From positions 25,157,060 to 25,221,059 of the forward strand of contig NC_068990.1 in the NCBI RefSeq assembly GCF_001194135.2: 64,000 nt of DNA. The letters are read 5' to 3'. The stretch comes from Octopus bimaculoides (Eukaryota). This document shows, piece by piece, positions 13,173 through 27,600 of this stretch (position 1 is its first letter; each line of letters begins with the position of its first letter). The position numbers and the translations under genes are program-made. The notes below the pieces were generated by a model. That model made no database searches, had not been told where the DNA came from, and worked only from the letters and a program-made list of their open reading frames with translations.

Positions 13173-16100
13173 AAGAGAGAGATAGAGAGAGAGAGACAGA
13201 GAGAGAGACAGAGAGAGAGACAGAGAGAGAGACAGAGAGAGAGAGTGCATTGCAAACAATGAATGGGGTAAACATGGAGTGAAAAAATCGTATAAATAAA
13301 AGCAGGTTAGAAACTAAACTATCTCATTCCGAATATTTAAATTTGTGAACTTCATAAATATCTATTTCAGTAATTTATTGTAGTTGTTTACAATTTGTGA
13401 ACATTAAAACAGAGAGTGAGAGACTTTGCTGTTTTTACGTCAACACCGGAAGTTGACATTGAGAAACCTTTTCAAAGAAGTGAATCATAAATATAAAGTA
13501 ATACTTTTTATTTAAAAATTTAAAATGATTTGTGAGGATTAAATTTATTTTCTAATAGAATATAGAAAAATTAGACAAAGCAAAGAGTGATTAAACTTAC
13601 CGTTGGTTGCTGAATGCTGCAGAGTGCTCGCACTTTTTTGGAATGCAGATTTTTTAGGCATCGAGATTTGAGTGGGATGATATGATGGCTGTCTTCAAGG
13701 AGAGAATCAACTTTTTGTTCACAGCTGTCAAGCATTTTGTGCATTTCCTGGTGTGGAGTAAAGAAGAAAAACAAAACTGAAATACATAAACTGAGTTCAC
13801 ACATCTATTTGATGTTTGGCAATGTTAAAATTAAATTCAAAATTTTATACATTAAAGGGAATTTTCAACTTCTAATATAACTTTTAGTCTTAGGTCCTCC
13901 AGCTATAAGCTAGCAAAAGAGCAAGAAGTGTTTCTACTAGCTGTCACTAAGGGTTCATACTCTTGCAAACTGCATGGTGGTGACCTCACTTTTGCTGGTG
14001 GAATTAAAAAAGCACCTGGTACATGTTGTAAGGTGAATGGCATAAGGAACAGCATCCAGTCCAAGAAACCATATCAAAGGAGTCAGTGGAACATGATGTA
14101 GTACTTAGGCCTATTGGCACCTGTCAAACTGTCAAACCAAAGCCAGAACAGAACATGTTTTACTAAAGAGGATTAGATCATACTGAGGTTATAACAGAAG
14201 ACACCGAGTGCAGGCAATGGCTGTGTTGTTAAATTTGCTTCTCAACCACATGCTCCTGGTGTGTGTGTAGAGAGAGATAGAGAGAGAGAGGGAGAGAGAG
14301 CCACCACATGAAACTACAAATTTTCTCAAATACGTTTATCAAAATTTTAAAAAATAAGCAATCAAGAACCTGAAGTTCTTTAAGGAATTGTTCTGTTGGT
14401 TCCACACCAAGATTGTCTTGAGGAAAACGACTGTTCAGTAAGGATGTCTGCTGAGATATCCAGTTTCTACAATCTTCAGCTTCATTATAAAACTGAAAAG
14501 AAGAAAGTATTTAATGACAAGACTTACAGGAATATCAAAATCTTCAAACTGTAAAGGAGATTTTCAACAAAGAAGGTTTAACAGTGTTTTAAAAAAATAG
14601 TTATTCTTTCTACATGTGTGACTAAATATTCTTTTAATTTCTCCGAAACATATTATATACAATTTAATGGCTGGCTTAGGAGTGGTATTTATTCTATTTG
14701 AGAAGACTGAATTGAATAGCACGTTCTAATGGCTGTACCTGTTATCAATTCAAGAATTTGTGAACAGAATTCACCTCGCCTCATAGTAAACTAATTTACT
14801 TCATAAAGTTTAAAATTTTTTGTCTTTTTGCTGATATAAGAAACCTGCTTTTGTCCCTCGTTTCATATTTTAAACCTTCATCTCCTAGCATAAAACTACC
14901 TTTCTCTCAACTGTAACCCAACTCCTTTGGAGTTGGGGGGGGGGGCCTTAATCTTGCAAGTTACAATGTGATTTTCACTGTTGCTGGTGTCATTGAAAAA
15001 GAAAAAAAAACAACATCCAGTATACTCTTTGAAATGGCTGGCTTTAGCCATAGAAACCATGTCAAAGAAGACATTGGTGCTTGATGCAGCCCTCAAACTC
15101 ATCAGATACTGTCAAAGTGTCCAACTCATGTCAACATGGGACACAAATGTTAAAAGATGTTGATGACGATGTAGGCCATCAATTGTTACTTCAGTTTTCT
15201 TTCCATTATCATCAATATCTTGATAAATTAGATATTATCATGAGAATTCAAGGATATTAGAATAGTGGTGTGTGAAGGCAGGTGCTGGTACAATTCACAA
15301 CCAAAAAAATATGGCATCTGAAAAATATCAATTATTTCAGAGACTTTTTATTGGAGGGGTGGATGTATACATTAATCTCATAGCAACTGTTACTGAGGAA
15401 AGTATAAGGGTTAGTAAAACAAATAAAATTCCTTAATGTGTGTAACCCTTAATGATACATGTCACAACCCTTCTAGACAGTAAAGGAATCCTTTGCGTGA
15501 ATGTTTGATCTGCTAGAAATACCAGCTACATCTAACTGAAATTATACCCCCATCATAAAAAAAAAGAGTTACATTGGACAATGTGGTCCTAGATAGACTA
15601 TAGCTGAGTAAATTGGAATGCCTAATAATTTTTCCCACATCAGGGTTGACCCAGACTAAACGCTGTCTCTTCAAAATAATCATATCATTTTTCAATTTCA
15701 AGGGAATTTTTACTGGGCTATGGGCTCACACAACTGTATAAACAACCCTGCACACTTTCCTTAACCTTTTTGATACCAACCTTCCTGAAACTGCCCTTAG
15801 TTTTATGATGCTTTAAAGTGATCTAAATCAAAACCTCCCATCAAATTTTCATGTTAATTTATGTTCTAAACACCAGCTTATTAACAAAATTATTTTAATA
15901 AATTTTTCATCATTTTCAAAATTAATTAGAGCAAAAGCATGGTATTTCAACAGAAATATTGGTTAAAAAAAAAAAAGAAAAAAGGGTTTGACATATAGAG
16001 AGCAAGGTTTGAGAACAAACACCTTACCTTTTGATATTGGTCTGTGCTGTCAATCAAAGCTTGCTGGCAAGATGTTAGTTGGATCAACCAACTCCAGTAT

Positions 16101-18654
16101 GTGTGTAATGAGGTCATGGAGGACTTTGTAAGGAAAACAAAGAGAGAAGTTTAGCATCAAACAACAACAACAACAACAATAATAATACACCTTTCTATTA
16201 TAGGCATAAGGCCTGAAATTTTGAGGGAGGGGACTAGGTAATTACATTCACCCCAGTGTGAAACTGGTATATTATTTTATTGACTCTGGAAAGATTAAAG
16301 TCAAAGTTGATCTTGGCAGGATTTGAACTCAGAACTGTAAAGAGCAGAAACAAATACTGCAAAACATGTTGTCTAACACTCTACCAATTCAGCCAGCTTG
16401 GCAATAACTGAATGAAAAGAAAATTCCAGAAAAGCCTACAGAAATTTGCCTGAATTTTGTTGATATTTCTTAGTTTGAAGATGTCTAATGGTTCAAATTT
16501 ATTTAGAAAAAGAAAAAAAGCACTTTCTTCACTCTACTCTAGAATGACACATTATTACTATGCAAGCTACAAAACTAGAAATGGACACAATCTGATCATA
16601 TAATATCTGATACAATTAATATGATTCTAAAAGGTAGTCAATAGTTGATCTGTTATGACACATGTGAGATGGAGAGAGAGAGTCTTCTACCACTTTCCGC
16701 CTACCAAATCCTCTCAGCAGCCAGGTGAGAAGACATACCAACAACTGAATCCACAACCACATGGTTTGGAAGCAATTTTCATCATCATTATTTAACGTCT
16801 GTGTTCCATGCTAGCATGGGTGGTATGGTACCACAAGAGCTGGCCAGGTCGAAGCTTGCATCAGACTTCTGTTACTGTTTTGGCAGGATTTTTACAGCTG
16901 GGTGCCCTTCCTAACACCAACCACTCAGCAGAGTGGACTTAGCGCTTTTTATGTGGCACAAGCACAGACGAGGTAAGTTTTGGCAACGTTTTTACAGCTT
17001 GATGCCCTTCCGAACACCAACCACGTTACAGTGTGGACTGGGTGCTTTCAAGTGGCACCTGCACTCACAGGGTCACCAAGTACTTACAGGACAAAAACTC
17101 TTAAGAGGGGAGGAGGCATTGGAGGAGGTGATGATGAAAAGGCTATAGTGAGACAGATACAGGTGTTTTGCTGAAGAGGAAGTACAAGATTACCCAGCCG
17201 GAGAGAGAAAGATCAGGAATGAAGACAGAAAACAGGTGTGCTACCACGAAGAAAATACACNNNNNNNNNNNNNNNNNNNNNNNNNNNNNNNNNNNNNNNN
17301 NNNNNNNNNNNNNNNNNNNNNNNNNNNNNNAGAAAGAGAGAGAGAGAAAGAGAGAGAGAGAAAGAGAGAGAGAGAAAGAGAGAGAGAGAAAGAGAGAGAG
17401 AAAGAGAGGACTGCAAGATGGAGATGGTGGCAAAATGCCGGGCATACTCACAAAGAATGGGGATCAGAGTATAAATGAGATGGTTGAGTAAAGGAAGAGA
17501 GAGAATCCTTGAGGGTCAAATGCCATAATTTAAGTGACAGGATATTGCAAAGGGAGTGCGAGTAAATGGTGAAAGACCTGGGTATATATAGAGTTGGAGG
17601 GGCTACTGGATAGCAATGATACAGAGGAACAGGGGTGTGAGGACAGGATTGGGGAGTGAGAACTAGGCATAGTGTATGAAGGAGGAAATGTGAGAAAGAG
17701 ATGTAGATTGGTTTATTGGGGTAGGATGAGGGAAAAGTTTCCTTGTTACATGTGGGTGGAACACCCAGGTTGGGGGCTAGCAGATGGCAATAATAGAGTG
17801 AGACAAGGCCTGTGGGTAGCACGCACAGGTCAGGGGCAAGCAGAGAGTGATTTCTTAATCATAAATCCTATGCCTGTGTCTCTCAAGTGTAACCTGTTAA
17901 TTCATTAGTTTATTCTAATCACCATAATGAAGGCCATACTGGAGCAGTGCCTTCTAAGAACTCTAGCTCACCAAAGTCAAGTTATGTGAGGCCAGGAGGA
18001 TTAATCTATATGAAAGTGGAAGGTATATAGGAATATCTATTCAAGCATACAAGAGTTTGACAACTAATTTACCTCAATGGTTTTTGCAGCTGGGTGCCGA
18101 TTCCGCACAAGAGATTCTCCTTTGTCTTGTACAACATTGAATTGGGCTTCTCGTGATCCCATATCACTAAGGAGACCCTGCTGTAATACAATTTTAAACA
18201 CAAAATTAACAATGATCTAAAGATCATTTAGAAAAAAACAAAAAGAAAAAATGCCAAATTTACTAAAATACTTAAAAGATATAACAATGACATGACAGGG
18301 TCATAGAATTGATTAAATTTGGCCCATTTTTTATTAACCCCCCCACCCCGCAAAAAACCTAATATCCTCCATCTCTATATGCATACACACACACATCCCT
18401 TTATAACTGTTTTCCATGCTGGCACAGTTTGGACTGTTTGCCATGATCTGGCAAGCACATCAATTGCCATTCCCTGATTTTGTATGGTTTCTAAAGCTTC
18501 ATGTCCTTACAAACACCAATCACTTTATAGAGTGTGTCAAGTGTCTTTTTTTCATGCCACAACCACTAATGAGGTTGCCATGTAAACTTGCAAGACAGAA
18601 AAAGAACAGGAAAATACGAGTATGTACAAATGTGTGTGTGTGTTGTGTGTATAA

Positions 18655-18706
<52 letters not shown>

Positions 18707-21700
18707 TTATCTACACAAACACCTACATACATGAAGAGCTTCTTTCAAATTAGTTTTAATTGAAGATGTCAAAGTTATTTTACTAAATATTTCATTACTT
18801 GCAAAATTAATTGAAATGTATTTTAACAGAAATATGGTAACAAAAGGGTTAAATAGTCCACAATCAATGAAGTGCTGTTCTGCTATTGTCTTTATCTAGC
18901 CTGACCCTTAAGTGGCCTCTAATGACTGCTGCTAGCAGGATATGTGTGTTGGGGTTCATATAGATTATTGTATTAGTGAGCTGATGTCATGTCAGCACTG
19001 ACACATACATGTGCACACATGCAGACACACACACACAAATATATGGAGTTACCAGAAAATTCTCAAATGAAAAGGTTTATAAATCAAAAATTCTTATATA
19101 AAAATGGTTTCCATTAAAACTTGTGTAGTTAAAGTTCAAAATGCAATAAATTTGAAACAAACAAATAAACAAAATAAAATAAAATAAACAAAAATATAAA
19201 ATAAAAAGAAATATTTAAAAAATGATCCTTCATTATAAATCATTTAAAATTAGTTTGAAGAAACTTTAATTCCAACAATCTGTTAAAATGACATTTTGAT
19301 AATCATACTAGGATTAGGCATCATTCAAGCATGAAAGCAGTCTGTTCAGCAACACAATGCCAAAATTGCTTATCTAAATTCCCTTTTCTTTTGCAGCTAA
19401 TATTTCCAGTCTTTGTGATGACTATTAGTTTCATTGACACACAGAACAATGAAAAGGAAGAGGTCTTGTGTTAAATTTGAGTATCAGAATAACAGGCTTA
19501 GAACATGTAGCTGTAATAGAACTGAAATCAAGATCTGCCAATATCTGTTGTACCAGCAACTCACTATATTATTATGGATTGACAACTCACTATATTATTA
19601 CAGATCAAGAAATTATAACAATGTAGAATCAAGTTTTTCAAAGTGCTAGATGAAAATAGCTGAAGGCTGAAAATAAACTGCTTAAAAGTGAATGAATATT
19701 CAAATAGAGGTCGCCAATTAAACTGACAAAAGATAATGAGCCATATTGAGTTGGTCAATGTTGCACTTTACTCTAATGGAGGTTCTCAGCTACCATTTCT
19801 TCCATTTTTTTATCCTTTTTCTTCTGGAAGCAATCCTTTCCAACTGATAATAATCTGTTGATTTCAATATTTCAAAATATCAAAAATTATTGAAAGAAAA
19901 ATTAACAGTTTATGATTGATTGGGACTTTATTTACATGAAATGATTTCAAAATTTTTTTATGAATCTAGTTTAGACTACATAGAGCTTCCAACTTTGTTA
20001 CTATGCAAGAGGCTCTACTGAATGTAAATCATATCAGAATGAGGATGTGATAAGCATGACTAAACAAAGTTGCAGATCAGGATGAAACAGGCTCAACAGG
20101 ATCATCAAAAGAACTGAAGGAGAATGTAGCCCATGATGGACTAGTTACAAGGTCAGTATAATACAGGATCCAATTACATCAACTAAAAACTCTCCCTCTA
20201 ACAAGGCCTTGTGCCTGATAAACAAAATATTGCTAAAAGTCATTAATTAAATGGAGTCAATGCTGTAAAAAGAGAAAAAGGAAATATCAATCTTAAATTT
20301 AGCCAATATTCAAATTATAGCACCAAGAACCCAAGGCTTAAGCTTCATCTTGCAATTGTGGGGAAAATGAATAATGAATATGAATGCACTTGTACCAAAG
20401 CAAATCCCTAACAACTACAGTCGATAATATGTTTGTATATATATTCATATATATAGTGCATGTGCAAGCTTTATTCAAGATGTCAAATCTTTTTAGAGCA
20501 AAAAAAAGTTTCATAAAAAATAAAAATGACATAAAAAAAATAACAAAAAGCCAACCTTTATCATTTTAAATTAACTTCAATTAACATCGTTTTTAATTTA
20601 GTCACAAGACCACTAATTTCAAGAGGGACAGGGTTAGTCGAATTCATCAAGCCAAGTACTTGACACCAACAATCTTTGAAATCTGAATATAAGCATTTTG
20701 TCCGTCTAAAGCAACACTCTAATGCGTCTGACAATCCATTGGTGCCATAACTTCAAACTTGGTATTAATTATTAGTTGTTTTTGATAATTTTTATTAACT
20801 CACTCAGTTATGTTACCAAGACAATCTCTTCAGTATTATTAATTATAAACACTCAGATTTACAGAACAAGTTCTAAGAAAAATGGTCTATCTCTTTGCTT
20901 TTAAATAATAATATTCAGTCTAGTCTTGTTAGTAAGTCATTAAATCATGCACTAATGAATAGTAATATAACTTCAATTAAAATTTCCAATTTTATTTTAA
21001 TATGACATAACACATAAATCATGTCGAATAAACCAGTTAAGTTTTAAAATACTAAACAGAAATTAGTAAACATTCAGAGATTTAACCCTTTTGATACCAA
21101 CCTGCCTGAAATTATCTCTGGTTTTAATCCAAACTTCCTGTTTTAAAATGATTTATAACTGTGAATTTGAAGTTAATTTATGTTCCAAACAACAGCTTAA
21201 TAATGATAGATATTTTAACTAAATTCTTCATTAGTTTTAAAATTAACTGAAACAAAGGCAATGTATTTCAACAGAAATATCTTAACAAAAGGGTTAAAAA
21301 TCTGTCTGTTTGTTAACTTGAACATTTCAATATTTACTTTTAGAGATTCAGTCAGAAGTGGAAGGAAAGCAGCCATGATCTTCTTCCAGGAATTCAAGAC
21401 TGGTGGAAGGAGAAGGAACTGCAGTTGATGGGTTGATAGGATCAGAAGTAGCACTTTAAATACTGAGCAATGTTTGAAGCCAATAAAATGGTCTAGATAC
21501 TTGCAACAGAGTGGACTACACTTCAGACACCCAAAAGCTAAGCAATGGTGATAAACCAGGTAAAGATTTAAGTCTGTCATCAACTGGGCTCATGCAGTTT
21601 CCAATCTGTTACTTGTTCATTTGCAAAGCTTAGGTCAATCCAAGGCTGTATATGAAAACACTTGCCCAAGATACCATGCATTGGAATTGAATCCAAAACT

Positions 21701-24024
21701 CAGTGTTTACAAAGCAACCATCTTAAGCCCACGACCATTAATTCCTCTCACAGAAGGCATGGAACCATGAAATTTACACATTTTGGACATTATTATTTAC
21801 TTTCGATACTAGTCCACATTCTGATAATTAACTCATAAACCCAACACTTAACTAATTACATAACAGTTATTATACAGCATTTATCATTGATTACATTCCC
21901 ACTGGAGAACACAGCATCCACTCAAGACATACATTAAGGATAGAGCGAGTGAGAGTTGAGTGTCTGCCAAGGATAGAACAATAAACTTCAAACTTTTAGC
22001 ATGCTTTCAAATTCGTTAGCTGTGACTCTCTTGTAAGCAATTAAACCAGCCAAACAGGGTATGTAGCAAAATTCATCTCAAAACATTCGTTGTTGAATAA
22101 TTACACAATATCAAGCCACTGGTCATTGTTAGAAACCCCTGTTATCTCCTCCAGAAAGCAGGTTTCAATCCAGAGGCCACACAAAGTAAAACAGCTTACA
22201 GAACAGTGTAGGGATTCTCAGAAAACTTCAGGTGACTGAATTAAATCTGCTTAGTGATACCATCCAAAAACAGAAAGCAACAAGCCATGGTTGCAGATAT
22301 TTCATGACGATGCATGCAATTAAAAAAATAATAATAATTTCTAATTTTGATACAAGGCCAGTAATTTTGAGGGAAGGGGTCAAGTTAATTGTATCAACCC
22401 CAGTACCTGACTGGCACTTTATCATATCAACTCTGAAAGGATGTAAGGTTACACTGACCTCAATGGCACTTGTACCCAGAATGTGAAGAGCCAAAAGAAA
22501 TACTGCTCTACATTTTGTCCAATGCACTAACGATTGTGCCAGCTTTTTGCCCTAATAATCATCATCATCATCATTTAACGTCCGTTTTCCATGCTGGCAT
22601 GGGTTGGACGGTTTGACTGAGGGCTGGCAAGCCAGGAGGCCACACCAGGCTCCAATCTGATCTGGCAGTGTTTCTACAGTTGGATGCTCTTCCTAACATC
22701 AACCACTCTGAGTGTAGTGGGTGCTTTTTACGTGCTACTGGCACAGATGCCAGTCAGGGCGATTCTGCCAGCTCACCGCCTTAATAATAATAATAATAAT
22801 AATGATTTCTGATTTAGGCACAAGGTCAGCAACTTTCAGGCTTCGTCAATACCAAGGACCTCAGTATTTGAGGGGTACTTTATTTTACGAACCCCAGAAA
22901 GGATGAAAGGCAAAGTAGATTTGGTAGGATTTGAGCTCAGAACATAAACAGCTGCAAGAAATGCCATTAAGCATTTTGTCTGATGTGCTAATGATTCTGT
23001 CAGCTCACCACCATAACAACAACAACAACTGAATGCATATGAACTCACTAAAAGCAATCCAAATGTAGAAAAACCAGCAAGGCTTTCATTGGAAACTTAA
23101 ACATTGTAAAAAAAAAATTTTAAAAAAAGCATTTCATTTGGGAAAAATTAAAGAAAATGTACATGAAAGTTTTAGTTGATGTCATAAGCTAAAAGAAGCA
23201 GGTTAATTGTTTTTCTAGATCTTTTTCCACTGGAAAAGAATATCTTACTTAAAAAAAAAAAGAAAAAGAAATAAACAGCCAGAAATGACATTCATTATCA
23301 TAAACTGCTGCTGCTGTTCTTAAAGTTTGGTCTTCAAGCGGCCACCGCCAACAAAATTTTGTAAAAACATTGCTATTCCATTAGTATTTACTGAATAAAC
23401 ATGACAACTACACAAGTCTAAACAAGATGTTAGTTGAACAGTGCAATTTTGTAGAATCAACAAACCTTCCTTTTTGGCCAGAAATCCTGAAAGTAAAATC
23501 CAAGCTGCTGTCTTAAAGTGTTTCCCATGAAAATATTGTATTCAGGTTTAAATGTTAACAGGAATTAAATCAAGGAAGAATATTTCTCTGGTTTAGCGTT
23601 TTGAAAGCTATCTATGTAAAATCTGAAGAAATAATGGTTCAGATTTGGAAACTTTGAATTTTTCCATGCTTCACGCATGGAAAGACAAAAATCTAATATA
23701 CTATGCAGAAAGTTATGAATTCAAAGATGTTAATGTAAATAGAATGATATTAGTGATTATTAACATTAAGTAAAGACAGGAAAGAGACATAAGTTTATCT
23801 TACATTGGTATTTCTAATGGCTAACATCAAAATAAAGGAAAAAATTAATAAAAAAAAAGGGAAATATGTTGAAATAAATAAAAAAAGGTCACAGAAATAC
23901 AATTGCTAATATTATTAGGAACATATAACGAACTTAGTAAAAGAGTAGAGATTATGAAGAAAGATTATGTAGAAAGAAGGAAAGTGAAAATGAATCTGGA
24001 AAATAGAAAGAAACGTGTGTGCAT

Positions 24025-24055
<31 letters not shown>

Positions 24056-24625
24056 GTAATTTCCATGAAGTTTACCCTATTAAGCTCAGGCTATCAGACA
24101 GATGGTAACCCAGAGATTGTTATATGAAACACATGCCTGAAAATCCACAACAGAAAGTTACAAAAATGATTTGAGAGTCAAGAGTTTCGTGGATGGAACT
24201 TAGCAAACTCTTAGTCTGCGAGTCACTTTCATGATTTTCTGCCAATTAAAGAATAATATATATTCATGTACTGAATTCTGGCTATCCTATTTGTTCCACC
24301 GCTCAAAATAAGTAGACAGACAGCAGACAACTGATGAAGGGTCCTTTCGTTCTGTTAACTTGTCTTGTCTTCCATTTTTTTCTCATTTATATATTTCACT
24401 CGTTTTTCCCTCATTTGTTTATGTATTTCATGTTATTTGCACCGTTGTTAATGTCCTGCACCCATATATGCATATATATATCATCATCATCATCATTTAA
24501 CGTCCGAATTCCATGCTAGCATGGGTTGGACGACTTGACTGAGGACTGGTGAAACTGGATGGCAACACCAGGCTCCAATCTAAATTTGGCAGAGTTTCTA
24601 CAGCTGGATGCCCTAACGCCAACCA

Positions 24626-24673
<48 letters not shown>

Positions 24674-27600
24674 AGAGGTATTGGTATCCAGAAGACCCAA
24701 AGTGGCAAGTATTTCTACATTCATCCTCCTATTTCCCTTTATACTCCTTATTTGCTTCCTTTTCCAAAATAACTCCTCATATTAAACTCTAATATTAATT
24801 TCACCCCTATTTAACCGTCTCTGATGAAGGGATATCCCTAATATCTCAGAGACAGCTGTAAGCCTAACTTTCTCTTTATAAATGTCCTGAAAACTCCACA
24901 CAGCCTTGGCTTAGTTGTCTCATTTCATTTAACATATATGTATGTATATATAAAAGACTTGTCACAGGTTGACAATCATTTCAACAGCAAACACACAATG
25001 TGCACTCGTTCAAACCAAGATGGTAACTGGAAAGAAACAGTAGAAAACAGTGGAACATTAGCTCCATAAAGACACCACTAACACCTGCTTAACTTCACTA
25101 GAGCCACAGCAACGAGTGTGGAAAACATGGGCTTTTCTGCCACACCTTGCGTAATTTTATAGCATTTCGCAGTGAAACATTTGATATACATCAATAACTA
25201 ACAAAATTTAAAAATTAAAAAAAACAACAACAAATTATTACCTGAAAAATGTCGTCTTTATCTGGAATATTGTGTTCCGGTTTACTCCAGTCACGGCTGA
25301 TTGTTTCGTTTTCCTTGCTACGGAGCCAAAACATTTCAGCAGAAGCCGCTTGTAAGAATTCATATAAAGTTTCCAAGCAATTCATGCGTCTACTTGAAGT
25401 ATTCTAGAGAGAAAAGGAGAAAACAAAAAACATTCCAATATTGATATTAAAATGGCTGACAAAGGTTGGTCTACAATTTAATGCACAGCATATAATAGAA
25501 AGACCAGAAATGCATTAAAAAATAATCAGTCAAGAGAGCTACTACATACTCACTTAACCCGTTAGAAACAATAGCCAAACTACCCTTAAACCACACCCTA
25601 TTGTATTAACAAAAGAGAACACATTAGATAATGTCTTAGATACCCCTAAAACTAAAGTGTGGTCACAGCTACTCAATCAATGTTCATTTGGAGGTGAATC
25701 CTTTAGCATTTAAACTGACCATATCTGACCAAAATACTCTACCTGTTTTAAGAGAGAGACCTACATTTGCATAGCGTGTCAAGGTTTCTCATGTTTTGAC
25801 TAAATGTGCCCCAGTCAAAATATATTGCATGTCTGCTGTTCATCTTTAAGTAGAACTAGTATAGAACCAAGGAGATGAGAGGCAAAGGTTGGTTATAGTA
25901 GTAGTAGTAGTAGTAGTAGAGATAAAGTCAGTAAAGTCAATAAGATAAATTGGTATGCTGTGAGGGGAGATATTAATTCTGACATTTTGAGGAAGGGCAA
26001 CAAATGGAAAAGAAAATAAATCTGACTGATTTATATTCCAGTGTATTTTGAAAGTTGAATTAAAATTAAATCAGTGTTCTGTGGCAGACAACTGAATGAG
26101 TCATTAATAAGCTATTCACACAAAGAAAGCAATATGTAGCCATAAACACAGTGTTTAGAATACTTACAGTGAGTAATGAATAGGCAATCTCCACCTTGGA
26201 CAGCCATTCGTTATAAAGTACTTGTTCATCAGATGATAGTCCTCTCTGCAGAGAGAAATAAGAGATATCACATAAAAATATTATATATCAATGAAAAACT
26301 ACATTTACATAAATATATGTATCATAAAACATCAGGAGGTATGAGAGGTGAATATATTTATTTAACCATTTGATATCCATAGGATGACATTTCACAGCCT
26401 TTATCATGTGATAATTTCAGTGTATAATAAATTATTTCACATGTCTGCACCAATATGTATGCTATACATTGCTCATGACTATTAATGCAGATGTTGAAGG
26501 CTAGCTCTTGTTACACTAATGCTTCAATTCTCTCTATTTATGTACACATATCCACACACAAACATATATTCATACATTAAAACAAAATATATTCACAGAC
26601 ACACACACACACATTCTTGCTTCTCTGGTAATCAACACACTAAAGCTTTGATGTCTAACAACTGGACAAAATGCTTAGCTGCATTTCTTTGCCCTTTACA
26701 TTCTGAGTTCAAACATCCACTTTGCCATTCATTCTTCTGAAGCTGATAGATTGTGCCAAGATTTGAAACCATTATAAGACAATTGACACATCAAGGTATG
26801 TTGATGCCATGTAAAAAAACAAACAGTACACTCTGTAAAGTGGTTGGCATTAGGAAGGACATCCAGTCAAATAAATCATGCTAAAACAGACAATTGGAAC
26901 CTGGTGTAGCTCTCCAACTTAGTAGCTCTTGTCAATTCATCCAATCCATGCCAGCATGGAAAGCAGACATTTAATGATGATCCAAAAGTGGTCTGAAGTA
27001 GGTTTTTATCAAAAGAGTTAAATCAAAGTTTTTGAGAAGACACACAGACTATCAAAATAGTTGCCCTTGAGGCAACTGAGTAGAACAGATGCAAAAGAAA
27101 AGATAAATAAATTCAACTTACTTTATTTAGTTTACATTTCTCAACTTCTGAGCGAAATTCCAAAATATTTTTATGGTCATATTGATGTTGTTCTAATGCT
27201 TTATGGACAGATGTTACATCGGTTCCATAACCGGCAGCTTCAATGGATCGCTGTAAATGAACGAAGGACAAAATAGATTTGCAGCTCAACAAGTTTTAAA
27301 AGGATTATGGGGAACAGTTGAACAATTCATAGAATTTTATTAGGTTTTTTAAAAAATTTTGGCAAGGAGTTATCTCAAACCAATACAAGATTTTTTTTTA
27401 GGCTGAAAGTAGTCACATGACATGAATATAAAGAAAGACAAAGGAACAACCCAAGGGCAAAATACCTGTTTGGCTTCGATCCAATTGAGGCAGTTCTGTA
27501 AATGTTTGAAGGATTCATTTGTTTCTACTAATTGCACTTCCGTGAGAATTTCCTTGCGTTTTGTGACAGTAATGCCTTCCTCAACATAAGATCGAGTCAA

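Noticed and set aside
24270-24470. Second CTGATGAAGGG motif (24331) as a hammerhead
   Set aside because: No GAAA box or helix III follows the short hairpin. It is probably another decayed retroelement end, and a ribozyme fold cannot be supported.
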